NCBI GenBank assembly: GCA_963655175.1
Contig: CAVKDU010000007.1
Coordinates: forward strand, 6,801 to 70,800
DNA from: Wujia chipingensis
GTDB lineage: Bacteria > Bacteroidota > Bacteroidia > Bacteroidales > Muribaculaceae
Length of the DNA: 64,000 nt
Direction of reading: 5' to 3'
Shown here: in pieces, positions 47,891-55,263 of the stretch
Position numbering within the stretch: the first letter of the stretch is position 1
Layout of the letters: each line of letters opens with the position of its first letter
Program-made: the position numbers and the translations under genes
Notes under the pieces: model-generated
Told to the model about the DNA's origin: nothing
Seen by the model: the letters and a program-made list of their open reading frames with translations, nothing else
Database searches by the model: none

Positions 47891-49984
47891 ATGATTACTA
47901 AACGACTGAATCGCAGCGTGGTGGTGACACTGATGCTGCTTGTGGGCTCGATAACGCTGATGTCGGTGTTCCTGCCCAACAAAGGCAACAACGAACTGCC
48001 GTCGTATGAGCTGGGCAAGCCGTGGATGCACCCCATGCTCACGGCCAAGATAAGCATAGGCATACCGCGCACCGACAGCGAGCTGAAGCGCACTGCCGAC
48101 AGCCTCAAGGCCAATATGGGCCGATATTACCACGTGGACTACGGCACCGCCCGCAGCCAAGTGGGGGCACTGACGCGCGCCCTCAACGCGCGCGCCGATG
48201 TGAAACCCATGGTGCGCCAGCGGCTCATAGCCGCCGTGAGCAAGGCCTACACCGACGGCATAGTGGACGATGCCACCTACCAGACCATTAGCAGCGGCAA
48301 GATGCCCAACCTGCTGATTCTTAACGACAACAACATTGCCACCACCACATCGACCAGCGCAATGCGGTCGGTGCGCGACGCCTACATGAGCATCTACAAC
48401 ACTCTGTCGGATCCCGACAGCCACGAAGCCATGACGCGCGTGGCTCTTAACGGCTACCTCGTGCCCAACCTGAGCTACGACTCGGTGGAGACCAACCGAA
48501 AATACAACGAGGAGTTTTCGATGCGCACCGCCCCCATGGGCACGCTGCAGCCGGGACAAAGCATAATTTACCCCGGCACCATAGTTGACGAGCACAAGTT
48601 TGCCCTGCTCAACGCCTATGGCGACGCGCTGAAAAACGGCAAGGACACGCAGGTGAAGGAGACCAACTACGCCCTGCCGGGCAATGTGGTGCTGGTGGCC
48701 TCAATGATGGTGATGTTCTACCTGTTTATGCGGCTGGTGAGGCCGCGCACATTTGCCGACACGCGCCGCATGACGTTCCTGATATCGTTCATCACCTCGT
48801 TTGTGGTGCTGGCGTTTATTGTGGCCAAATTCAGGTCGAACTACCTGTATGTGATGCCGTTTGCGCTGATGCCGATAGTGGCCACCACATTCACCGACAC
48901 CCGCATCGGATTCTTCACCCATCTGGTGACCATGTTCATCTGCTCGCTGGCCATTCCCGACCGTCAGGCCGAGTTTCTGTTCATGCAGTTTCTGGCCGGC
49001 GGCATAGCCATAGCGTCGATGAAGGGGCTGCTGCGCCGCTCGCAGCTGGTGCAGTGCGCATTCTTCATCTTTGCCGCCTATTCGGCCGCATTCTGCGCCC
49101 TGTGCATGGCGCGCAACGACATGGCCTCGGTGAGCGACTGGCACTTTTTCCTGTATTTTGCCATCAACAGCGTGGTGCTGTCGTTTGCCTACACGGTGAT
49201 ATTCCTTGAGGAGAAGCTGTTTGGCTTCACATCGTCGCTGACACTGGTGGAGCTGTCGGACAGCAACTCGCCCGCGCTGCGCATGCTGTCGGAGCGCTGC
49301 CCCGGCACGTTCCAGCACTCATTCCAGGTGGCCAACCTCGCCACCGAGGTGGCCCACCGCATTGGGGCCAACATGCAGCAGGTGCGCGCCGGAGCGCTGT
49401 ATCACGACATAGGCAAGACGCAAAACCCCGCATTCTTCACCGAAAACCAGATGAGCGTGAACCCGCACATCGGCCTCAGCCCCGAGCAGAGCGCCGAAAT
49501 AGTGATAGCCCATGTGAGCGGCGGCCTGAAGCTGGCCGTGCAATACAACCTGCCGCAGGTGATAAAGGACGCCATAGCGCAGCACCACGGCAAGGGCCGC
49601 GCGCGCTACTTCTACACCATGGCCTGCAAGGCGGCGCCCGACGGCAATGTAGACCCCGCGCCGTTCACCTATCCCGGCCCCAACCCGCAAAGCAAGGAGA
49701 CGGCCATACTGATGATGTGCGATGCCTGCGAGGCTGCCGCCAAGAGTCTGGCCGAGCCCAACGAGAAAAACATCACGGCCATTGTCGACAAGGTGATCGA
49801 CAGCCAGGTGGCCGACGGGCTGCTGTCGGAAGCCCCCATAAGTTTCCGCGACATAGGCATAGCCAAGCGCACCATAGTGGAGATGCTGCGCACCCTCTAC
49901 CACCCGCGCATCAGCTATCCCGACGATGTGAAGCCCGCCGTGCCCGAGGCTCCGGCCGACGAGACTCCGCTACCCAACGAATAG
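47891..49984 (+). CDS. 7TM-receptor HDIG-domain phosphohydrolase (PgpH-like)
   Basis: 697 aa with an extracytoplasmic N-domain, seven TM helices and the HD domain with ALYHDIGK and AQHHG. Confidence 0.85.
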   Translation: MITKRLNRSVVVTLMLLVGSITLMSVFLPNKGNNELPSYELGKPWMHPMLTAKISIGIPRTDSELKRTADSLKANMGRYYHVDYGTARSQVGALTRALNARADVKPMVRQRLIAAVSKAYTDGIVDDATYQTISSGKMPNLLILNDNNIATTTSTSAMRSVRDAYMSIYNTLSDPDSHEAMTRVALNGYLVPNLSYDSVETNRKYNEEFSMRTAPMGTLQPGQSIIYPGTIVDEHKFALLNAYGDALKNGKDTQVKETNYALPGNVVLVASMMVMFYLFMRLVRPRTFADTRRMTFLISFITSFVVLAFIVAKFRSNYLYVMPFALMPIVATTFTDTRIGFFTHLVTMFICSLAIPDRQAEFLFMQFLAGGIAIASMKGLLRRSQLVQCAFFIFAAYSAAFCALCMARNDMASVSDWHFFLYFAINSVVLSFAYTVIFLEEKLFGFTSSLTLVELSDSNSPALRMLSERCPGTFQHSFQVANLATEVAHRIGANMQQVRAGALYHDIGKTQNPAFFTENQMSVNPHIGLSPEQSAEIVIAHVSGGLKLAVQYNLPQVIKDAIAQHHGKGRARYFYTMACKAAPDGNVDPAPFTYPGPNPQSKETAILMMCDACEAAAKSLAEPNEKNITAIVDKVIDSQVADGLLSEAPISFRDIGIAKRTIVEMLRTLYHPRISYPDDVKPAVPEAPADETPLPNE

Positions 49985-49990
49985 CCCGCC
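49967..49990 (+). repeat. Left copy of the 24-nt direct repeat bounding the ADP-ribosylglycohydrolase islet
   Basis: CCGCTACCCAACGAATAGCCCGCC. It spans the last codons and the TAG stop (49982-49984) of the HDIG gene and matches 51494-51517 at 23/24 positions. Confidence 0.85.
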
Positions 49991-50100
49991 CATGTCCGAT
50001 ATTGCCCTAAATAAATTACGGGCATACAGGAAGTGAGGCCGTTAGACAACGCGCGCCATCAGAATGATTTTCATGATTTTTCCTTTGGGTATGCAATACG

Positions 50101-50140
50101 GCCCAAGCCCAGGTAAAACCGAGGCTTGGGCTTGTTTTTT
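50101..50140 (+). terminator. Intrinsic terminator inside the islet (plus orientation)
   Basis: 9-bp stem GCCCAAGCC/GGCTTGGGC followed by TTGTTTTTT. Confidence 0.55.
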
Positions 50141-50171
50141 GAAGGCAAGCCCCTTTTTCGCCCATTACATT

Positions 50172-51113
50172 TTATTTAGGACGACATTGGCAAACGCTTA
50201 AAAGCCTGTCTGTAGTTTTATCCAAGGTCTCTTTATACAAGAGGCCTTCTATGTATTCGGTCGGAATAGATGAGTAACCATATTTCGCTCCAAGTACGGC
50301 ACACGCAACTGCCGCATTAGTATCGGCATCGCCTCCTGCATTCACCACAGCAAGAAGCCCATCAACAAATGAAGTCGTATGCCAGTAAGCCCAAAGAGCC
50401 ACCGACAATGTAATCAAAGTATAGCCCATGTGGTCATCGTCTAACAAATTCATAACTTCGGGCTCGGTCCACGCCTTATCTATGTATTCACAGATTTCCA
50501 CATCATATTGCTGTGCCAAACTTTTCATTTGAAATAAAGTAGGCGGTTGTAAGCCATAAACCAGTGCATGAATAAGTTCGGACACTATTACGCATGAACC
50601 TATACACCTCGGATCGTAATGGGTGAGCCGACAGATATTCTCTGCACAAGTCCTTATTTCTTTAGGAAAAAGTCCTACTATTGAGGTGCGCATCAGCCCA
50701 CCATTTGCAGCAGACTGATACTTGCTCATTTCCCACACCTTGTGGGATGCCTCAAACGGACATTCCACATAGTCGCTAAATGTCAGCACATTAAAGGTGT
50801 TACGTCCAATGCCCATAGGAATGCTATTGAACCAGTTTTTGAAGTGTTGGGCGATATTGTAAAAATTAACGCCTTTGTCTTCAATGACCGCATCAGCAAT
50901 GCAGAGCATCATATCGGTATCGTCAGTCCAGTCGCCAATTTTCCAACGCTTCCGATGACTGTCTTGGTATATCTGCTTATAAAGTTGTAGCCCATGAGGA
51001 TATTTCCAGGCCATATCCTCATCTGTCATGCCTTCCGTCCCCAATCCGAGTGCATCGCCAACGGCTTGGCCATAAATGCAACCTCTAAATCTGTCAATTG
51101 TTTTATTTTCCAT
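50172..51113 (-). CDS. ADP-ribosylglycohydrolase family protein
   Basis: 313 aa. The N-terminal motif GCIYGQAVGDALGLGTEGM and the C-terminal motif GGDADTNAAVACAVLGAKYG (the di-metal site residues of the ARH/DraG family) are both intact. Confidence 0.85.
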   Translation of the reverse strand: MENKTIDRFRGCIYGQAVGDALGLGTEGMTDEDMAWKYPHGLQLYKQIYQDSHRKRWKIGDWTDDTDMMLCIADAVIEDKGVNFYNIAQHFKNWFNSIPMGIGRNTFNVLTFSDYVECPFEASHKVWEMSKYQSAANGGLMRTSIVGLFPKEIRTCAENICRLTHYDPRCIGSCVIVSELIHALVYGLQPPTLFQMKSLAQQYDVEICEYIDKAWTEPEVMNLLDDDHMGYTLITLSVALWAYWHTTSFVDGLLAVVNAGGDADTNAAVACAVLGAKYGYSSIPTEYIEGLLYKETLDKTTDRLLSVCQCRPK

Positions 51114-51232
51114 AACTGTATGAATCTACATTAACGTGAGTTCGATGAAAATTAAGTAGTTGAGATTTTGGCGGTTAGCGACAAAAGCATTAGATTTAAA
51201 GTACTAAATTTAAGGCAAATACTATTATCACC

Positions 51233-51325
51233 ATGCTCACCGACGACAAAATTACTGATTTTTTTGCAATGGTGGACGAGTCCTGCAAAGTTTTTAACGC
51301 AGTGCCCCACGGCTCTTTCATTTAA
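51233..51325 (+). pseudogene. N-terminal remnant of an IS982-like transposase
   Basis: The 30-codon frame MLTDDKITDFFAMVDESCKVFNAVPHGSFI resembles the conserved N-terminus (..KIT.IFC..DDFCK.F) of IS982-family transposases as I remember them. It is cut off by the MITE-like element. Confidence 0.35.
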
Positions 51326-51487
51326 AAATGCTTTGAAATTTCAATGTTTGTGGCTGATAGGCATTTAGGAGCAGCCAAACGTCGCTATTGACATAACATA
51401 GACTAAATGCCATCTGTCTCTGTTGATGTAAAATCAACATAATCAGTGGTTATCAGTTTGTTCCGAGTTTAAATGAAAGAGCCGTGG
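51307..51487. mobile_element. 181-bp MITE-like element with 20-bp perfect terminal inverted repeats and a 7-bp flanking duplication
   Basis: CCACGGCTCTTTCATTTAAA at 51307-51326 is the exact reverse complement of 51468-51487. CAGTGCC is present immediately outside both ends (51300-51306 and 51488-51494). Confidence 0.5.
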
Positions 51488-51493
51488 CAGTGC

Positions 51494-51517
51494 CCGCTAC
51501 CCAACAAATAGCCCGCC
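51494..51517 (+). repeat. Right copy of the 24-nt direct repeat bounding the ADP-ribosylglycohydrolase islet
   Basis: CCGCTACCCAACAAATAGCCCGCC, one mismatch to 49967-49990. Confidence 0.85.
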
Positions 51518-51520
51518 GTC

Positions 51521-51570
51521 CAAAAAAAATCACTGCGGCCGCCGACAGTTGCAATTGTCGACGGCCGCAG
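51521..51570 (-). terminator. Intrinsic terminator of the TMEM43-like gene (probably the ancestral shared terminator with the HDIG gene)
   Basis: Stem CTGCGGCCGCCGACA/TGTCGACGGCCGCAG (14/15). On the minus strand it is followed by eight T (plus-strand A-run 51522-51529). Confidence 0.65.
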
Positions 51571-51588
51571 CTATTGTCTATAAGATAG

Positions 51589-52908
51589 TTATGCTGTGGG
51601 TACAGCGGGAGGCGTCGCTGCCTTGCGCCGCTTGTCGCAGCCACGCTTCCACACAAAGAATACGGCTGCGGCGGCCACGCACAGCAGCCCCACCGACAGC
51701 AGCGGTCTGTAGAACAGCCAAGCCACGGCTATCACCGCCAGCGACCAGCCGAAGCCAAGCGCGCCGCTGACTATGGCCACTCCCATCTCGACCACGCTGG
51801 CCAAGAACGGCAAGAACTTGAACAGCACATACAACATGCTGAACATGCTCTTGAAGCCGCCTATCACCACCAGCAGGCCGACAAGGCGCAGAATCCACGT
51901 CCAAGTGCCGTTGCTGCTCTCCTCCTGCTTGAATATGTCGCCAGCCTCAACACTGCCATCGCGCACGGCCTGAAACTCCTTGCCGTTGCCGGCAATGAAC
52001 GGTCCCAGCGAGCCGCCGCTCACCTTGCCAATAACGGTTACCTCGCGCGGCATGGTCTTGGTGAAGGTGATGCGCACGTCGCCCACCTCGGGGCGGCGCG
52101 GATCGCGGCCTATATACAGCTCGTTGTCGCGCTCGTGCACATAGGTGTAGCGGCCCAGCGCATCCGAAGCGCGGTCGACGGCGCGACTGGCCGTCTGCTC
52201 AAGCGCCGAAGCGCTGTCGGCAGCCGTGGGCTGCGGACGCGGCACAGCGGCATACTCATGCTCCTTGAGCCGGGTGATGGTGCGGTTATACTCCTCAAGC
52301 ACCGCGTCGCTCAAGTCAAGCTTCAAGTGCTCGCCGGCCTGGATGGCGCTCACCATGCTCTGCGGCAGTTTGTAGGCCCCAAGCGTTACATTCTGCGCCT
52401 GGAAAGCGGCGCTTTGCACGTCGACGAGGATAAAGTTGGAGCGCTGATACTGCGGGTCCTTGAAATTTTCCGACTTCACGGGATTGCGGCTCCAGCCCTG
52501 CTTGTAGGTGTAGGTGGTGGTTTCCTCCTTGCTGCCGCCCACCTTCTCTTTGGTCTCGGTCTTGGCCTCTTCCTTCCACTGGTAGAACTCCACTTGGCGG
52601 CTCACGCGCAACGCTCCGGCAGCGCCCACGCCAAACTGCGGATCGCCCACCGAGTCGGCGGTGGTGGCAAGGCCGGTGGCGTGCACAAGTTTGCCGTTTA
52701 GCTTGGGGTTGAGTTGCTGAATGTTGCCAGCCTCGACGCAAGCCTGCTGCGCCTCGCCCAGCATATCGCTCGTCTTCACGGCGCGGCCCTCGTTCCACCA
52801 CAGCAGCACTGTGCCGGCCACCACCATCATCAGGCCCGAAAATATTCCTTTGAATGAACCACCGAGCCTCGTGGCGTAGCTGGTGGTAGTTGTTTCTTGA
52901 TATGCCAT
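51589..52908 (-). CDS. TMEM43/DUF1625-like membrane protein
   Basis: The start is taken at MAYQETTTTSYATRLGGSFKGIFSGLMMVVAGTVLLWWNEGRAV; the WNEGRA motif after the first TM is characteristic of the family. Three or four C-terminal TM helices follow. The track ORF extends 53 codons further upstream into the preceding gene. Confidence 0.65.
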   Translation of the reverse strand: MAYQETTTTSYATRLGGSFKGIFSGLMMVVAGTVLLWWNEGRAVKTSDMLGEAQQACVEAGNIQQLNPKLNGKLVHATGLATTADSVGDPQFGVGAAGALRVSRQVEFYQWKEEAKTETKEKVGGSKEETTTYTYKQGWSRNPVKSENFKDPQYQRSNFILVDVQSAAFQAQNVTLGAYKLPQSMVSAIQAGEHLKLDLSDAVLEEYNRTITRLKEHEYAAVPRPQPTAADSASALEQTASRAVDRASDALGRYTYVHERDNELYIGRDPRRPEVGDVRITFTKTMPREVTVIGKVSGGSLGPFIAGNGKEFQAVRDGSVEAGDIFKQEESSNGTWTWILRLVGLLVVIGGFKSMFSMLYVLFKFLPFLASVVEMGVAIVSGALGFGWSLAVIAVAWLFYRPLLSVGLLCVAAAAVFFVWKRGCDKRRKAATPPAVPTA

Positions 52909-52970
52909 ATTGTTTTGAATATAGTCTGTTAAAGTGTTTGAATTAATTATTAATGTGATTGCGCACACCG

Positions 52971-53819
52971 TCAGTCGGTGTAGCGCGAGGTGTATTCCAC
53001 GCTGCATGGCAGCGGGCGGCCGCTGATGAGCGGCAGGTCGTCGCCCGTGTGCAGCGTCACGGTGCACCGGCCCGTGTCGGAACGGCGGGTAAGGTCGAAG
53101 CGGTAGGCCTTGCCGCCTATTGTGGCCACCACCTTGTGGGTGAATGCGTTGCCGCGCTCCATGCTGGTCGAGCTGAATGAACCGCCCATGTCAATGCCGT
53201 CGCTGTTGCGAAACCGCATTTTCCAGTCGCGGCCAAGGTGTATCTCAAAGTCATCGATGTAGTAGTAGCCTGGGGCGTCAAACTCCTCGACCATCGTTTC
53301 GCGGCCGTTGTGGTCTTCGGCTATCACGCCGGTGCCGCTCTCGTCGCTCACTGCCTTAAGGCTGCGAACGTCGGCAAACCCGCTCAGCGGACCGCTGCAG
53401 CGCACGTCGCCCGACGCCAAGGCGTCAGCAATGTTGAGCATGGCCACGCGGCCCTGCGCAGTGAGCATCACCAGCACGGGATTGATGGCATTGCCAAGGT
53501 TCGACGCCACCATCTGGGTTACCCTGCCACCCACGGCCTCAACGGCATAGGGCTCGCCGCCCACGCGGCACGGCATGTGCCATTCGGCGCACATGCGGCG
53601 GCAGCTGTCGAGGTTGAAGGTGACTGTCACCTGTCCGTCGCCGCCCACCGAGGCCGCATAAAGGCCGGCCACCGGGTCGGAGACCTTGGCCACAGCTTGG
53701 GCAGGCGCGGCCTCGGCGGCATGCTGCTCGGTGGCAGTGGCAGTGTGGCCGCCACAGGCGGCGGCAAGGGTTGCCAACGCCGCCACGGCGGCAGTCAGCA
53801 CTGTGTTGATTAGTCTCAT
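52971..53819 (-). CDS. Hypothetical lipoprotein
   Basis: 282 aa with the lipobox LATLAAAC after the signal peptide. It sits 13 nt downstream of the LRR gene stop. I recognise no family motif. Confidence 0.55.
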   Translation of the reverse strand: MRLINTVLTAAVAALATLAAACGGHTATATEQHAAEAAPAQAVAKVSDPVAGLYAASVGGDGQVTVTFNLDSCRRMCAEWHMPCRVGGEPYAVEAVGGRVTQMVASNLGNAINPVLVMLTAQGRVAMLNIADALASGDVRCSGPLSGFADVRSLKAVSDESGTGVIAEDHNGRETMVEEFDAPGYYYIDDFEIHLGRDWKMRFRNSDGIDMGGSFSSTSMERGNAFTHKVVATIGGKAYRFDLTRRSDTGRCTVTLHTGDDLPLISGRPLPCSVEYTSRYTD

Positions 53820-53832
53820 GATGTGCGGGGCG

Positions 53833-55046
53833 TTACATAAACAGGAATGTGCCGATATGGTCCCACTTGGGCAGATTCATCACCGATGCCGGCACATTGT
53901 GCGACACTGCCGTGTGGCCGAGGTTGAACATGGCCAGCTTTTTGCAGCTGCCCAGCGAGGCGGGGATTTCGCCGCCAAGCTTGGGATTGTTTTTGAGGGT
54001 GAGCACGCGCAGGTCGTTGCAGTTGCCCAGCGAGGCGGGAATGGTGCCGCCAAGGTCGTTGTTGCTGAGCATGAGGTTGCTGAGCTTTGCCGCCTGGCCA
54101 GCCTCGGTAGGAATTCCGCCGGTGAGGGCATTGCTGGTGAAGTCAACCACCAGCAAATCGCCGCTGGCGGTGAACAGCTGCGGCGGAATGGGGCCGTTGA
54201 GGCCGCATGGATAATCGATATTGACGTGAGCTGCTTCATTTCGCCCACCTTGTCGGCCGGAATTTGCGACGGAAGGCCGCTGATGTTTCTCAGCGTGAGC
54301 CACTTGATGCCCGACAGCTGCCACACGGCGGCAGGAAATGCAAATCCGCTTTGCCTCTTGCCGTCGGCCGTGATTTCGAGTTTCACGAGCTTGGTGAGTT
54401 TGCCTATGGAACTTGGCACGGCGCCCTTAAGGCCCTCGATGGCATACAGCGACAGTTCGGTGAGATTGGTGAGCTGGCCTATCTCCTCGGGGATGGCACC
54501 GTTGAAGTCCGACATGCTGAGTGTGGCAAGAGTAGCGCAGCGGCACAGCGGAGCCACGTCGGCATACTGGATGTTGGTGTAAAGCAGCTCGAGTTCGGGC
54601 AGATTCACCTCGCTGGGAATCTCGCTTTGCATGCCCTTGCCGCAGTATTCATACAGGCGCAGTTCCTTGAGGTGTGGCAGCTGCCACACCTCGGCCGGAA
54701 TGGCCTTGTCGTGGGTGGTGTCCTTGTTGTTAAGAGATACTTTAAAAGCCTTGAGTTCGGTGAGATACTTGATTTCGGCGGGCACCTTACCCTTCACCGA
54801 GTCGCTGCTGAGGCTGAGTTTGGTCACGCGGCCCTCCTCGTTCACCTCCACGCCATACCACTCGTCGAGCGGCAGTTCGCTGGCCCAATTCTTGTTGAAG
54901 CGTTCGCCCCAATTCTTGCCGTTCAAGTCCTCGTAAATCTTCATGAGCACTTCCTTGTCGGTCATCTGACCCTTTCCTGCGCACGCAGCCAAGGCAAGCG
55001 CAGCGGCTATGGCAACGGCCACAACCATACACAGATTCTTTTTCAT
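53833..55046 (-). pseudogene. Plant-type leucine-rich-repeat lipoprotein gene interrupted by a frameshift near 54224-54232
   Basis: The frame from the ATG at 55046 gives a lipoprotein signal (LALAAC) and LRRs up to ...PADKVGEMKQLT, then turns into an Ala/Pro/Ser/Arg-rich nonsense tail. A second frame (track ORF 53833-54324) continues with HVNIDYPCGLNGPIPPQLF...NALTGGIPTEAGQ...NNDLGGTIPASLGN...KLGGEIPASLGS and stops at 53833. Confidence 0.6.
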
Positions 55047-55115
55047 CTAAGTAAGTTTTGTTTAGGTTTGTAAAAAAAATTAATAGCTGTTTTTCCTATT
55101 CAAAAAGTATTGTTG

Positions 55116-55123
55116 CAAATTTA
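55116..55123 (-). promoter_or_regulatory. -7 promoter box (TAAATTTG on minus strand) for the LRR-lipoprotein-TMEM43-like operon
   Basis: Plus strand CAAATTTA, about 70 nt upstream of the ATG at 55046. Confidence 0.4.
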
Positions 55124-55197
55124 TGCGCGGCGGGGACGTTTGCATTGGTTGAAAAGTCGTAAAAATTATTCCATTTCTTAAATACTGCTTTTAAACA

Positions 55198-55205
55198 TAG
55201 ATTTG
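55198..55205 (+). promoter_or_regulatory. -7 promoter box TAGATTTG for the polytopic membrane protein gene
   Basis: Exact TAnnTTTG match about 60 nt upstream of the ATG at 55264. Confidence 0.4.
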
Positions 55206-55263
55206 TGGCCGCTAATGCTTATCTTTATGCCAACAATAAAAAACGCACAACTAAAAAGTGACT

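Larger units (their letters stand above)
49991..51493. mobile_element. AT-rich islet with an orphan ADP-ribosylglycohydrolase gene, an IS remnant and a MITE-like element
   Basis: A hand-counted sample line gives about 38% G+C, against about 60% in the flanks. The islet is bounded by 24-nt direct repeats. It lies between the stop of the HDIG gene and the terminator hairpin that would otherwise follow that stop directly. Confidence 0.55.

Noticed and set aside
53880-54230. Ala/Pro/Ser/Thr/Arg-rich C-terminal 115 aa of the 388-aa LRR ORF as a genuine low-complexity tail.
   Set aside because: The alternative frame over the same DNA encodes well-formed LRRs that continue the repeat register and stop just before the next gene. 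The tail is therefore out-of-frame translation after a frameshift.
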